Source: Bigelowiella natans CCMP2755
Lineage: Eukaryota; Protista; Cercozoa
Reading direction: 5' to 3'
NCBI GenBank assembly: GCA_000320545.1
Contig: ADNK01002363.1
Location: 1-64,000 of the forward strand
Length of the DNA: 64,000 nt
The notes below the pieces were generated by a model that saw nothing but the letters and a program-made list of their open reading frames with translations, searched no databases and was not told the DNA's origin. The position numbers were made by a program, and so were the translations under genes. Shown here one piece after another: positions 41,059-54,319 of this stretch (positions are counted from its first letter, which is position 1; each line of letters opens with the position of its first letter).

Positions 41059-41280
41059 CAAGGAACAGCGCATGTGAGGCGCGCTTCGAAAGATTTTGAG
41101 TAGATCGTAGCCATGGTACTTGAACTTCAATCACAGTTGCAATTCAAATTGCTCCGATCTCCGAATTAGTTTCGATGACAAGCTCAATGTAGTCAGTCAT
41201 AGCTTTGGTTTAGCTGCACGATGGATTACATGTGATCCTGCTACATATTTCATTTGTGTGACATGAGATCAATTGTTACC

Positions 41281-42370
41281 GAATGAGCAATGCACTGATG
41301 CACTGTCCTCATGGCAAACATTGTGCTCTGCATGTGTGTCTGTGCGTGTGTTGCAATGTGCGATCATTTTTGTCATCTTGAGTGATAGTTTCTGATTGAT
41401 GAATTCCAAGGTTTTCCTACCCTCATGCCTCATGAGCTTGGAGCTGTGTCATTTGAACGGGAGCTGGGGTGCGAAAAACATGTGTTCTGCGATGATCCAA
41501 CAAGCTAAGCAAATGATTGAAGAAAGCATTTGATGAAGCTGCAAAAGCCGTCAAAGCAAATTCACAAAGGAAGAAGCTAGGAAGAAAGCAGCTGAGAAAA
41601 AGAAATGCTGTGTTGTCATTTGAGCCACTCAAGCTAGCTAGCTAGCAAGCGTGTTTTTGGTGCAGATTTCGAAAGTGTGCTGTCGGCATTTCCTTCCATT
41701 TTCATGCAGGTGGTTGCATGCACGCATGCCTGCTCGCATCTCTAGATCTAGCTGCGCAGCACGTGCTGAGATCTCCAAATTTGGATCATTTCACTTGAAT
41801 GGCGCGGCCCCGTTTGCAGTGTGAACATGCGTTGCGACCACATCGAAGCATTTGTCACATTTGCCAAGTCTGGATGAAAGTCTGAGCTGTTGCAAATCGC
41901 TTCGTGTGTGCCAATGGTGCATTCCAGCATTGCTTGACATGAGCGATGAGCATGCACTGCTGCGGTGTGAAAGTTGTGCACTGCAAGTTGACGATGTCCA
42001 CCATGGCTAGATGGTGCATCAGGCCACGCGTGCATGCTGGCATGCATGTACATGGGTGAACATGCGCGCACACAGCCACACTGGCACACAAGCGTCCAAT
42101 CACCATGGACCTGGCCACTGGCCACGTCTAGACGTACGTGGTGCCCATTGCAGAAAGAAGCAAAGAAAGCGCGTTTGCCAACAGGATGATCAACTGGATG
42201 ATCCATCCATCTTCTTTGCTTGTCTTGCAATGCTCATTCTTGCTCTCTGCGATGTGAAATTCTGAGGAATGCCATCACAGGGCTGAAGGGCATTTGGTCA
42301 TGCTCTTGTGCCTGACTGCATCACTCACCATGATGACAATGAGAACATGGGCATTGATGATGACAGAACT
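41281..42370. other. TpA-depleted tract
   Basis: Hand count: 13 TA in 1090 nt (8 CTAG, 3 CTAN/NTAG, 2 GTAC). Confidence 0.92.
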
Positions 42371-43303
42371 CCATGTAACTGCCTAACCCTGACAACCCTA
42401 CACTTTGTGTGCTGAAACATCGCACCTAGCCTGAGATCGGTGAGAGCAATGATAATCCGAACACCAGAAAAATGCCATCCTTTTCCATGAATTTTCATGA
42501 GATTACGTCCACTTTTGATTTTTCCGTCGGCTTGTTCGCCTTTCTTCCACACTCCAATCTCAAAGGTGATCTGAAAAGCCGAGAAGGTACCACAGAGTTC
42601 AAACGGGGAAACGTTTTGTTAGGTCTTTCCGTTACATTTGCATCACAATTTTGGTGAATTCGCCAGAACAAAGAACAAATCACCATCCTGAGAAGCGACT
42701 CAGAATCATCCTCTCACTACCTTCTTCGTTAACTCGTTAACGCCAGTATTGTCTTCATCACAAAAAATATCATACTATTACTGCTGTGAAAAGAAGTTTG
42801 GAACGAGCATCCGGAATGTAATGAGCCCATCCCGCCTATGATTTTTTGAAAATACCCCATCATCTGATGTATTTTATGTGCAAGATAATTAAATTATAAT
42901 CTGAATAACTATTAGAGGGTTATCGCGTAGGTAGCAAGTTTTCGCCTCTTTTCTCAGGTAAAAAATTAAGTATTGCAGAGAAAAAGAGAGAAATCACTAA
43001 ATTTAGTAACATCATGCATCAAAACGTAAATAAAGAGAGAGGGAGAGAGACGGATAGAGAGACACAAGGGTGTGCAGAAATCGGCATTTATTTATTTATT
43101 GAACAATCAAAGGGAATAAAATATGTGCGACATAATCAGTCGACAAGAATCAGGTTGTGGATGGCGGTGAGAGAGAGAGTCAAGGAGAGAAAGAGAGAAA
43201 TAAATAGATTTACCCAACCACCAGTCCGTCCCTGCTCCGGCCATTCAATTACAGGGGAGGTAGGCTGTCTGTCGTCCATCAAACGACTTTCTCCCAGATC
43301 AAA

Positions 43304-45106
43304 ATGGCAGCAGTAGGCTCATCGTCCTTATTTGGCAACAATCAAATGGATCAAAGCATGGATCACTTTTTCAATCCCAACAAATTGAAACCGCAGAGTA
43401 GCAAATCCCGTGACGACACGCCCGCTTCTGTTAAGTCTCAGCGTGGTTCAGGAAGAAGAATCCGTGTAAAAACGGCCTGTACTAACTGTAAAGCTGCCAA
43501 GGCTAGATGCGATGCGGGAAGGCCTTGCAGCCGCTGTGTAAAACGAGGTTACCCTCACAGGTGCGTCAGTGCAATACCCAAGCGAAGGGGGCGCAAAAGA
43601 TCTCTTTACCAGGTCAAACCCATCTATAGCTACCATATCAGTCAGTTTCATCATTATGGCGGAGGGGCAATAGGAGGCCTACCCCCATCCTTAGCTGCTT
43701 CAAGTGGAAGTTTGAACATGAACTCAATGTTCGCTTTAAGCAATCCTCAAATGAGCCAGCAGCTTTCTGCGTCAGCTGTCGTGCCTGGAAGGGGGGTTGG
43801 AGGAGTTCCAACGCCCCAAAATAAGCAGTATCAGCAGTATCACCAGAGAATTCCCATGAAGGCAGGGAATAACTACTTTCAGAATCTACACAATAGCAGC
43901 AGCAACTCATCAGCGAGCCTCATCCATCAGCAACAAAATGCAGGCGCGACTATGAAATCTCCGGCGGGGAACATCAGGCTTCAGCAGCGCATGGCTCACA
44001 TCGCACAAATTCAGCAGCAAAAACAGATCATTGAGAGGCGAATCCAGATGTTAGCGTTGCAACAGCAGCAGCAGCGGATGCGCAAGGTGCATTCCAAGCC
44101 GATGGGGAACTCTAGTGGTACAGACATTATGTCTCCGTCTCTCTATCAGCAGCAGCAGCAGCAGCAACAACAACAACAACAACAGACCCTACAACAAAAT
44201 AAGTTTCAGGCACAGGTACCTCTCCAGAAACAGCTATTTACGCAACGGCAGCAGCAGCCGAATCAGACGGCTGGCCAGCAGCAGCAGCATGAGCCGCAGC
44301 GGCATCTATTCAAGGTTCATAACAGTTGTGTTCCACATCATCCACTCAAGATGCGGGAGAAGATTCCTCGTCTTGTGCAAAAGCTGAAAGAACAGCACCA
44401 AGAGAAACAACGGCTTCAGCAGCAGCTCCAGCAGAAGCTTCAGCAGCAGCAAAAGGGCGAAAAGGCGCAAGGGTTTGGATCTTCCGAGCTGCAGCAGCCA
44501 GTGGGTATCTTAGGGGTGGAGACTACCAAGATGGATGAAGGCAAACAGAAGATGGGATTAACCCAGCTCAAGAACGAATATCCCTCTGCAGCGACGTTTG
44601 ATGGGAAGGAACGGCAGAACAACCACAGCAACACCCAATGGGGTAATAATCGAAACCCCTTCGCAAATGATCTCGGTCTTCATCAGCTCATGAACCAGAG
44701 GATTGATGAGGATCGTCCCTTTGTTAACAACTCTGGCAAAGCTGTGGCGCCAGCAGAGAGGATACAGAAAAAAGCACACGACATGAAGGAATTCCTCTGC
44801 AAGATTCAGCAGCAAGATAATGATCTGCCATCACCAATGGAGACTTCCAAAAGCAGCTCCCCCAACCATGACTTTCTGTCCGATGATTACACGTCTGACT
44901 ATAGATCAGATGCTGATTTGGACTCATCCATGTTCTCCGATTCCTGTTTTGGTTGCAATGACGTTCTTGATGACGACCTACCTGCCTCGGATGCTCTTAC
45001 CGATTTACACCCATCGTTGCTGAGCACCGAGGCAGAAACAGAAGCGTCTTCATACTTCTCCAACGACTTCCTTATGACACCTAGTTTCTACAGCAATAAT
45101 AGCTGA
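43304..45106 (+). CDS. Zn(II)2Cys6 binuclear-cluster transcription factor, polyQ-rich
   Basis: ACTNCKAAKARCDAGRPCSRCVKRGYPHRC followed by basic KRRGRKR, a Gln-rich middle and an acidic C-terminus. 600-aa uninterrupted ORF. Confidence 0.92.
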   Translation: MAAVGSSSLFGNNQMDQSMDHFFNPNKLKPQSSKSRDDTPASVKSQRGSGRRIRVKTACTNCKAAKARCDAGRPCSRCVKRGYPHRCVSAIPKRRGRKRSLYQVKPIYSYHISQFHHYGGGAIGGLPPSLAASSGSLNMNSMFALSNPQMSQQLSASAVVPGRGVGGVPTPQNKQYQQYHQRIPMKAGNNYFQNLHNSSSNSSASLIHQQQNAGATMKSPAGNIRLQQRMAHIAQIQQQKQIIERRIQMLALQQQQQRMRKVHSKPMGNSSGTDIMSPSLYQQQQQQQQQQQQQTLQQNKFQAQVPLQKQLFTQRQQQPNQTAGQQQQHEPQRHLFKVHNSCVPHHPLKMREKIPRLVQKLKEQHQEKQRLQQQLQQKLQQQQKGEKAQGFGSSELQQPVGILGVETTKMDEGKQKMGLTQLKNEYPSAATFDGKERQNNHSNTQWGNNRNPFANDLGLHQLMNQRIDEDRPFVNNSGKAVAPAERIQKKAHDMKEFLCKIQQQDNDLPSPMETSKSSSPNHDFLSDDYTSDYRSDADLDSSMFSDSCFGCNDVLDDDLPASDALTDLHPSLLSTEAETEASSYFSNDFLMTPSFYSNNS

Positions 45107-45999
45107 GGATGTACGTGTTATATCTTTGAATGATGGATCCGGGAAGCTTTTTACCGCAACCTCGTAGCGTTTATACGGTCGGTAAATTATTGAACAAAGT
45201 GAAGATCCCATCTCAGACAATTTCCCAGCTTGTGCGCAATAGTACATGCCACGATGCGTGAGCGAGATTTCTGATTGATGATAATGATACGTGAAACCCC
45301 ACTAGTTTTAAGTTAAGTTATAGTTAAATGTGCCCCTTCGTGGTGCGTCGTCATAATCCCGTCGTTTTGATGGTCGCTAAATAATCTATACAATTTACAC
45401 GTTAAGTTAATTGGTTTTTGTCAATCAATTAAATGGACATGGTATGATATACTGTACACGTGCATATATGTAATTTATGCACAAATGTGTATATTATAGC
45501 CATGCGGCGATTCGTGCGAAGGCCGGCGACAGGCGACGCTCGCAGATCCATGCATGCTAGCATGAACCGCATACCTAGTTCGCGTCGTGCAATCGCCGGA
45601 CACCTCTATATTTACATGCACACACGACCTACACATCTAGACATGCTATCTTGCTATGCTAGTATGACACACACGCTAGCACGGACGAACAGAATAAGCT
45701 GCGCTGCGCGCAATAATAGACGCAATAACAACTGATCATCAAACAAAATGATGTACGTCCATCGATCTAGCTAGCTGCTGCTCGCTCAGAACGCAGCGCA
45801 GCAGTAGTCTAGCTCGCAGTCGATCATGAATCGAAGCCGCATGTCCGCACGCGTGCATAACACATGCACGCTGCGTTTGAGCAGCCATCATGATCGAACA
45901 TGATTCACAAACGACGACACAAAAATGAGGCCTATTACCAATAAAGAATTTGATGCCCGATGACAATAATGACAATTCTAGATATGATGTAAAGCAGAC

Positions 46000-46301
46000 G
46001 AAACAAACAGATACAAATCTAAGCGCTGTAGCCGCTGCTTATTTGCACAGCTGCATCAGGCTAGCAGGATGACCATTGAAAAGATTTAATCACATCCGTC
46101 TCATGCTAGACACAGAATCCCGATCGTCCGCACGCGCGGCTCGTCGCAGGCGCATCACATTCAATATGCATTTGTAAACATGAATGACATCATTGCTGAA
46201 ACAAATAGACAAAACACAAGTGCTGTAGCCGCAGCATAGCACAGCTACATTGGGATGAGTATTGAAATAATGTAATTATTTCATTACATCCGTCTCATAT
46301 T
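46000..46301 (+). repeat. Diverged ~105-bp direct repeat pair (46000-46106 and 46198-46301)
   Basis: Shared collinear blocks GAAACAAA, GCTGTAGCCGC, GCACAGCT, GGATGA, ATTGAAA and ACATCCGTCTCAT. Confidence 0.75.
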
Positions 46302-46363
46302 CTTTGTGTCGTAGTAGTTAGCATTATTTTACATATAAAACGATGCTCATTCCTCGGCCATCA

Positions 46364-47178
46364 TTATATATGCTTTGTAGCAGCGGAGCCAGCCTCGCCG
46401 TGTACCCCCTTCTTTTCTGTTCTTCTCTCCAACTCCTTTTCGTCGTCATCAACCTCCCCGTCTTCTCCTATCTCTCCATCCCCTGCCCTCATTCGAGCTT
46501 GCTCCTTCTCTTCGTTGAGTTTCAGGAACTCGTGCAACGGCTTCAGCCTGCAAGTAAAGGATTTGCGTTTGTATGCATAGTGGAGGCATGATAACGTTGT
46601 CCCCCCCCCCCCCCTCCCCTTCCCTTTCACACACAAACATGACAGCCTCTTATGGTTAGATATGATGTTAATTTCATCTGAAGTCATGACAGCAGAATGT
46701 CTCGCCATCTTCTTACCCTACTTCTTTTCCACCATCACCACCACCACCACCGTATCATCATCATCATCATAAACAACAACAACATCGACAACAGCATCCT
46801 GTTCCTATCGTCATGGTATTGGTAATTTAAGGCGTCCTCCCATCGCACTCAGCATCATCGCGTATTAATGCGCAGCTAACTAACGAACTACTTCGATCCC
46901 AAAAGCGTCATTAGTTTCTTCGCTGAAATTCCCTTCATAGTTCTCTTCTCCTCTTTGCCCAAAGCTCCCCTTTTTGACGACGACGACGACGGCGGCCGCG
47001 ATGATGTGGGAGGGGTGAGGAGGAGGAGGAGATAAAATGAGGAGGCAGAGAGAAAGGGGAGGAAGTGGAAGGGAAAATGAGAGCTAGTAGGTCTAGCGTG
47101 CACTGCAACGGCATTACGCACACATTTTCACTCCCCAGTACAATCTCTCTCTGACTATCGCTCACTCTATCTCTCTCT

Positions 47179-47214
<36 letters not shown>

Positions 47215-47458
47215 TCATCACAATTTTCTTCTTGCATAATAAAGTATTTTGCAAAACCAATTGTAACGTAATTAGAGTCGTGTGTTTTGCATGTTACTTC
47301 TGAAGGTAGCCGAGGAGCAAGTCTCTGATCTGCTGGTCTTCCAGGCCCTTTATGTTATATGTCGGTGATAAGAGAAGAGAGCCAATGCAACAAGTCGACT
47401 GCCGCATCAGCACGCAGCATCTAAAACCATATGCTCACCTCTCTCAATTTCTCTCTCA

Positions 47459-47512
<54 letters not shown>

Positions 47513-47667
47513 TTCCTTATGACGCAACACGCGCAGATCGAGCAGATAAAATATCTCATATTTGTGTTTGAACACATGCAAATCGTCCTCGCAGTCGTCG
47601 TCTGACCTCTAAAGGCTTGAGTTCATCCATCGTGAGCCTTCGGCTTTTGTCTTGGAAGGACAATGGA

Positions 47668-47705
<38 letters not shown>

Positions 47706-47847
47706 TAATTGCTTAATTAATAAATTAAAACATGCACACTTATGGACGCAATCTTTCGACCCGCTGATTTTTTTAAAAAAAAAATGATGAATTATACCTT
47801 TTTTTCTGCCATTTCGCACATACTACTACTACTACTACTACTACAAC

Positions 47848-47880
<33 letters not shown>

Positions 47881-50664
47881 GAATACCTTTATCGAGCATT
47901 CTAAGAACGCTATCGGCCATAATCAGCGCCTGCATGTCCGTCATCCCCTTGGCGAGCTAAGGGATGATAATTATGAGCCAACATCGAGCTTCGCATTGAA
48001 ACAACAACAACAATGGCTTCTACTGCTGCTTGCGGAGGATCACGACGCCGTGCTCTCTATACACCCCCCCCCTGCAATGCCTGTCTTCCGCCCGGCCCCG
48101 CTTCGTTTCTCTCACTCTCATCTATATACCGAAAAAGGGCGTCTACGAGCTGTCCTACCCTCTGATAGGCTCACCGCGTCCTACAGTATATGTGCATGTA
48201 CGTGGGTGAGTGCGTGGGTGGGTGGGTGAGTGCGCGTGCGTGGGTGTGTGTGCAGGCACACGTAGATTAATACGCGCGTGCATTGATAATACTCATGCCC
48301 TTCCTCACCGCTGATCTCATCCGTGAATGGCTCGGTCGTTTGGGAGTAGCAGGAGACCTAGCCTCTTCCTTGACGCTCGAGATGGTGTAGCTGCTCTTAG
48401 TGCCCCTCCGCACACTCTGGCCGCCCCCCCCCGAGCTCAATCCGTCGAAGGTCTTAGGCGAGTTCGGGGCGCTAACGGAGCTGGCTAAAGACGTCTGCAC
48501 GGAAACAACTCAATTTATCACCGCGTGATCGTGAGCAGTATCAGCCCCTTCCGAAACACCTCATCCATCATTATCATCATCATCATCATCATCATATGGC
48601 AGATGGCAGAATGGGAGAAGAGGGGGAACAACCCACCTTTGCGGATCGATGTTTGGCTCGGATGCGCTCGTGCAGAGTCCCCAGATTCGAGTGCCGCCTG
48701 TGCATATATGGTGCGTAGCATAGTATGCATGTGCGAGTGTGGAGCGGCGGCGGCGCGCGCGGGGGGGGGGGGGGGTAAAAGGAGGGAGAAATGGGACCGA
48801 TGATAAGGACGATGATCGATTCATGAGGAGGGGGCTGTTTGGTTGCTATCATTTCGCACCGATTTTCTTGACTTTCTCCTCCTGATTCCTCATCGAGTCC
48901 AGCTCCATCATCAATGGCGGCATCATCGTTTTTGCTCTCAGCAGCTTTCGGTGATATCTGAACGACGCAGGTAGGAGATATTATCATCACATGTCCTGCA
49001 ATGGTGCTGCCTTTCTCAGTAGCAGCAGCGGCAGCAGTCCTATCCCCCCCCCCCTCCCCTCATGTCCTCCCTCTTACCACTGTCTTATTGTTCAGGTGTA
49101 CGTGGCCTTCGCGAACCCTCGCATCTGCGGATTGAAGAATAGCGTTGTGGGTGCGTGTGTGTGTGCGTTATAAAGCGAAGACCTCCCGTAACATACAAAG
49201 ACAGGTAAATTTCTAATAAATCAGCGCGCAGGTGGCGATTCGCCCATGCAAAATTGCGTCCTGCTCACTTTCATGGATGCAGATCTGGAACGTGACGGTG
49301 CCTGTGAGAAGAGGAGGAAGGAGGGGTGATGAAGAGACTTTATACGGTTGCTATTGCTGCGATATGTATGGCAAATACATTCGATCCTTCTTCACGTCTA
49401 TCCTCCCCCCCCTCCCCCCCCTCTGCAGCAGAGCCCCCTCTTCATTAACCTCTCGAAGAAGCATGCCCCCCGAGCCTTTCGTCGCGCAATACCTACAAAG
49501 AGGGCAGGCAAGGAACTCATCATGGGTGCTACTGCTGCTGCTGATCTACACACTTCCAAATCAATTGTTTGCCGACGTTGGACGATGAAGCGTCGCACCA
49601 TCATACAAACGCAGAACAGCTGCAGCAGTCACGCGGAAGGCAGCGGAGGGGGCGAGAAGGGGGGGGGGGGGGATACAACTAGCCAACAACCATTGTTTTC
49701 TCCGAAGTCTGCCGCACATCGTCTGCGACTTCGACGTGGGCTAGTGGCATCTGATCGGTGGCGAAGGATGCGAGCAGGGGCGGGGTGAATGAAATGAAGG
49801 GTGGGGACATAATGCGTTCTGTGTTCCAGGAAGAGAGAAACGGTGCTGTCGCACGCCAGCGAGACGACGATTACGACGACGACGACGACGATGATGATGA
49901 TGATGATGATAGCAGAAGGAAGCAGCAAACCCCTCCTCCTTCCTTCACAAATCGAAGCTACACCGTCAAGACTCTGCTCTCATCCATCCCATACCTTGAC
50001 GCAGCCGATGTAGTCGTCCTTGGATAAGTTGTCTGCGAGAGAAGAGGAAACAACAACCCAATGGCAGGGTGAGTGGGTGCTGATTATCGAGCACCATTGC
50101 ACATGTAACTGGCACAACACCGTGATCGAAGAATGAAATCTCGACGTGGTCAGAGGCTGTGGGCACGGGGTACAAGTAGAAGAACTCGTTGTATATCGGG
50201 TTTCGCGTCTTCCTAAAAACGGGGAGGGGATGGGATTCAGAGGGATAAGCAACCTTGCTGTTTATGCAGGCTGCAATGTAGATACCTGCCTCTGACCCTT
50301 TCCCCTATTCATTCTCATCACAATAACAGCATCTCTTCTCCTTCTTCTTCTTCTTCTTCTTCTTCGTCTTATCGCTATAATTGTTATTATTCTCATTGTT
50401 ACATCAGGGTTTGTGATCTCTGCTTGTACGCTAGGTCATTGCCGTCGTGAAACTCGGTTGCTTCCGACTAATGATGATGATGATGATGATGATGATGAAG
50501 AAAATGATGATGATAATGGTGAGGGGATCGATGCGTTCAGTACTTGTTAAGAGAGGGGTGATGATTCTTTCATATATCATTTTCATCATCATCATCATCA
50601 TCATCATAAGCAGATAGATACAGTAGGAGGAACATCAGAAGGAGAGGAGGCACAATGTAGTCAT

Positions 50665-50695
<31 letters not shown>

Positions 50696-51844
50696 TATAG
50701 CCAGCAACTGCGTGCCTTGAGAGAGATGAAGAAGTAGGGGTCCGAGGAGCCATTCAAATCCATGATCGGAAGGTCGTTAGCGCTGAGGAATGGACAGCAA
50801 TAGGAAGGAGCAAAAAGGACGGATTCTAAATGGATGGTGTGCCACGAAGAACCGCATACTGCTAGCTACTACTACTACTACTACTACTACTACACACACA
50901 CTTCCGAATTGAGATCTAGATTTTCTTTCTACTGCCTTCGCTTTCTCTCTCCCCCCTCCCCTCCTCCTTATACTTCATGTCCAGTCATGATGGTGCAAAG
51001 GACGGACGACAACGCACCCATAACTCGAATGATGATGCATCTGTTCAGTCGGCGGGTGCGGAACACGTTGAACCTGGTCTCCTGCGGTAGTTAGTAGGTG
51101 GGAGAGAAAAGGGGGAGGGTGGGGGGGGGGGGTTCCCTTCACTACTAGAATAACAACAATTGCAACTGCTACTCCTCCTCCTCCTACTACTACTAATCTT
51201 CCTCAAATCTGACGATATTGAGATGGAGACTGAGTCTTGCTGTCTATATATCCATGATTGTTATGATGAAATGATGCATAGCGTTTGCATACCAATCGTC
51301 CAAAGTCGGTTTGGAGACAGTCTTCGGTACTCGTAAGCACCAGCAATGGCTCGCGCACTTGTGCTGCATCTTCAGGTGCCACAAGCCTGCGTGACATTGT
51401 GCATCACAAGTCATTCCTCGTGATGATGATGATGACGACGATGATGATGATGATGATAATGATGATGTTTCAGTAGTCGTCATTTTGGATGGAGGCAGTG
51501 CAAGAAAAAGCATGCGATGATGCTTCTCGCAATAGTTTATCGAGAAAACTCGCGGCGGCGTCCTAGCTAGCACACGTGTTGCTCATTCATTCAGTCAGTC
51601 GAGAGGAGGCCGCTCTATGTGTTTTTTCCATGCAGAAGCCTTCGTGCAAATTCTTGTTGTGATTTCGTCTGTGAATGCTGCTGACCCCGCTTGACTTTCT
51701 CAATTGTAACGATCTGAGAGGCATGGTAGGCATGATTTGAAGCAAAATCATTAGAGACTGAAGTCTACTAAATGGATTTATGTTTGCATTGCATGCCGCT
51801 CAAGACCCCTCTTGATCTCGCTCCACATTGTCGCCATCGTTGTT

Positions 51845-51879
<35 letters not shown>

Positions 51880-52014
51880 GACTATTGTGTTTTTCGTCGC
51901 CTTCCATCCTTCCATAGTTAATTTGTGTAGTGCTCTACATACCATGGAGAAATCAATCTTTCGAACCACGTCCTAGATAGAGGATGGGGGAGGGGGAACA
52001 TGCCCACATATAAC

Positions 52015-52054
<40 letters not shown>

Positions 52055-53006
52055 ACACACATTGTAACCATTCCTATATAGCCAATCATGCGGCACTACA
52101 ATCATCATCATCCACCATCATCCTCACCACATCCACCAAACGCGAAAAAAGGCAAATGTAGGAAAAAAGATGAACAACAGACATCGCTACGACACGACGA
52201 TGACTCGCTGAATCAGCAGCGGATATTACCTTCTTCTTCTTTCCGTCCGTGTGCCAGAAGAACAGCGTGTTTCCTTTAAACTCTGTGTACCATAGCAGTA
52301 GTGGTGGTGATAGAATCACGCCGTTGATTCATTAAACATGAAATTCTGGCAGAAAGCAAAGGATGATACTACTACCACTACTACTACTACTACTATTACT
52401 CCTGAGACCCCTTTTTATCATCATTTTATCGAATGCGACCTGCAAAGCTGAGCTTCCATTTTCCGCTGATGTTGATCTCCACGAGGCCTAGGTACGTGTT
52501 TGTCATTGAGCAATGGGGGGGAGGTGATCGGAAGGAAGGAGTGGAGCTACTCTCTTCTGAGGAAATAAGCCTAAGAGGAGGAAGCAAACGTCCTTATTTC
52601 CTCTCTCCTTGTGATCGTTCTTCTCCTCCCTCGTACCCGTCTTTTCACCCTCCCCCCCCCCTCCTTCTCATCTCCTCCTCTCTGTGCGCGTGCGTGTACG
52701 TGCCGCATCATGTTGTTCCCCCCTATGGTCTGGTTGCCACCACCTTGAAGGATGATAGGCCTCCAGTAGTCCTGAGGTAGTAAAAACCGGAGAGTGGGGA
52801 AAAGAAAGCAGAGCACAACATCACACAACGACGACACGACGAGAGGGGAAGTGCTAATGCCCAGTGCCAACTGTTTAACTCGAAAACTGGCACTTTGCTC
52901 CTATTAGGTCTGTAAAGTTGTCATTGTCTTCGCCATCCTCCTTCTTCTCCATAATCTTTTTCATCATTCTCTCTCTTTCTCTGCTCTCTGCTCTCTGCTC
53001 TCTGCT

Positions 53007-53055
<49 letters not shown>

Positions 53056-53059
53056 ATGC

Positions 53060-53096
<37 letters not shown>

Positions 53097-53704
53097 TACG
53101 TTGTCGCATGAATGGACTTTAGTATTCTCGCTTGGTGGGTGGCACCCACTCCCAAACTGCTAAAGGGTGGCAAGAGGAAGAGCAGAGCAGCAAAGGAGGA
53201 GGAGGAGGAGGAGGAGGAGGAGGAGGAGGAGGGAGAGACAGAACAGTGGGATTAACTAATCAACTAGAGTCATGGTTCAATGTAACGATGATGATGAGGT
53301 AACGATGATGATGAGGTGCTCATCATCATCATCATCATCGTCTCATCATTATCATCATCTTCATCATAATCTTTAATGTTACCTTCCTGGTGATCTCGTA
53401 CCACCTTTCTCCATGCGCGGACTGATCGAGATCGTAGGTGAACAAATGAAAGAAGTAGAGTTGGCGGGGATGAATGTAGGAGACTAAAATGATGACGGGT
53501 GATGACGACGGCAGCGCATCAGTCGTATCTTTAAGTCTCCGTGCGAATTTGGTTTTGGTTTGCAAGCATTCCTTCTTACTGTGCGAAGAGATTGGAGAAC
53601 CCAGCCGCAATGCCTCCTACATGATTAACACGAGTAGGGCTAAACACGCTGCTATCACGAGCAAATTGTTGTTTTTCGCAGGTCGCAGTTGCAGCAATTA
53701 TAGA

Positions 53705-53736
<32 letters not shown>

Positions 53737-54281
53737 CACTACTACTACTACTACTACCACTACTACTACTTATAATGCGAAGATAACCGCTACCTGTCAC
53801 TTGCCATAGTGCCGATCCCACCGTCTTCCCCTTTAATAGAGTCAAGTAATGAGAAGTAGTAGAGTGCAGAACATCCCCCTCCCCTCCCCTCCCCGGCACC
53901 CCCTTTTGTCTCTTTCTCTGTTCATGTTTGTGGCCATCATCATCAGCATCAGTATCACCATCCTCCTCGTTGTTGTTGTTGTTGTTGTTGTCACTCTACC
54001 TTGAGAACAGGGAAGACTGAGCCAAGGAAGAATTGCTTCAGAAACTCTTTCAAGACCATTCCTGACCGAAGGGGGGGGGGGGGGGGGGGGGGCTAGGGCA
54101 AAATTTTGGCTTTGATCCCAAGAGATAAAGCAGAGTTATTGAACGAGATCAACAGGTTATTGTTACCTTTGAATATTCGTGATGACGGAGAATTTGGATC
54201 TATATGGAGAAAGAAAGCAGGGGAACAGTAGTATCGGTTAAATAAGATTAATAAATGCTCGATAACTGCGGCGGGGTTTAT

Positions 54282-54319
<38 letters not shown>

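Noticed and set aside
9731-42370. CpG methylation decay or fungal-type RIP as the cause of the TG/CA-rich tracts
   Set aside because: CpG stays common in the tracts and TpA is lost. RIP would increase TpA, and CpG decay does not remove it.
42382-42400. Telomere-like CCTAACCCT..AACCCTA
   Set aside because: Only about two degenerate units, compatible with chance.
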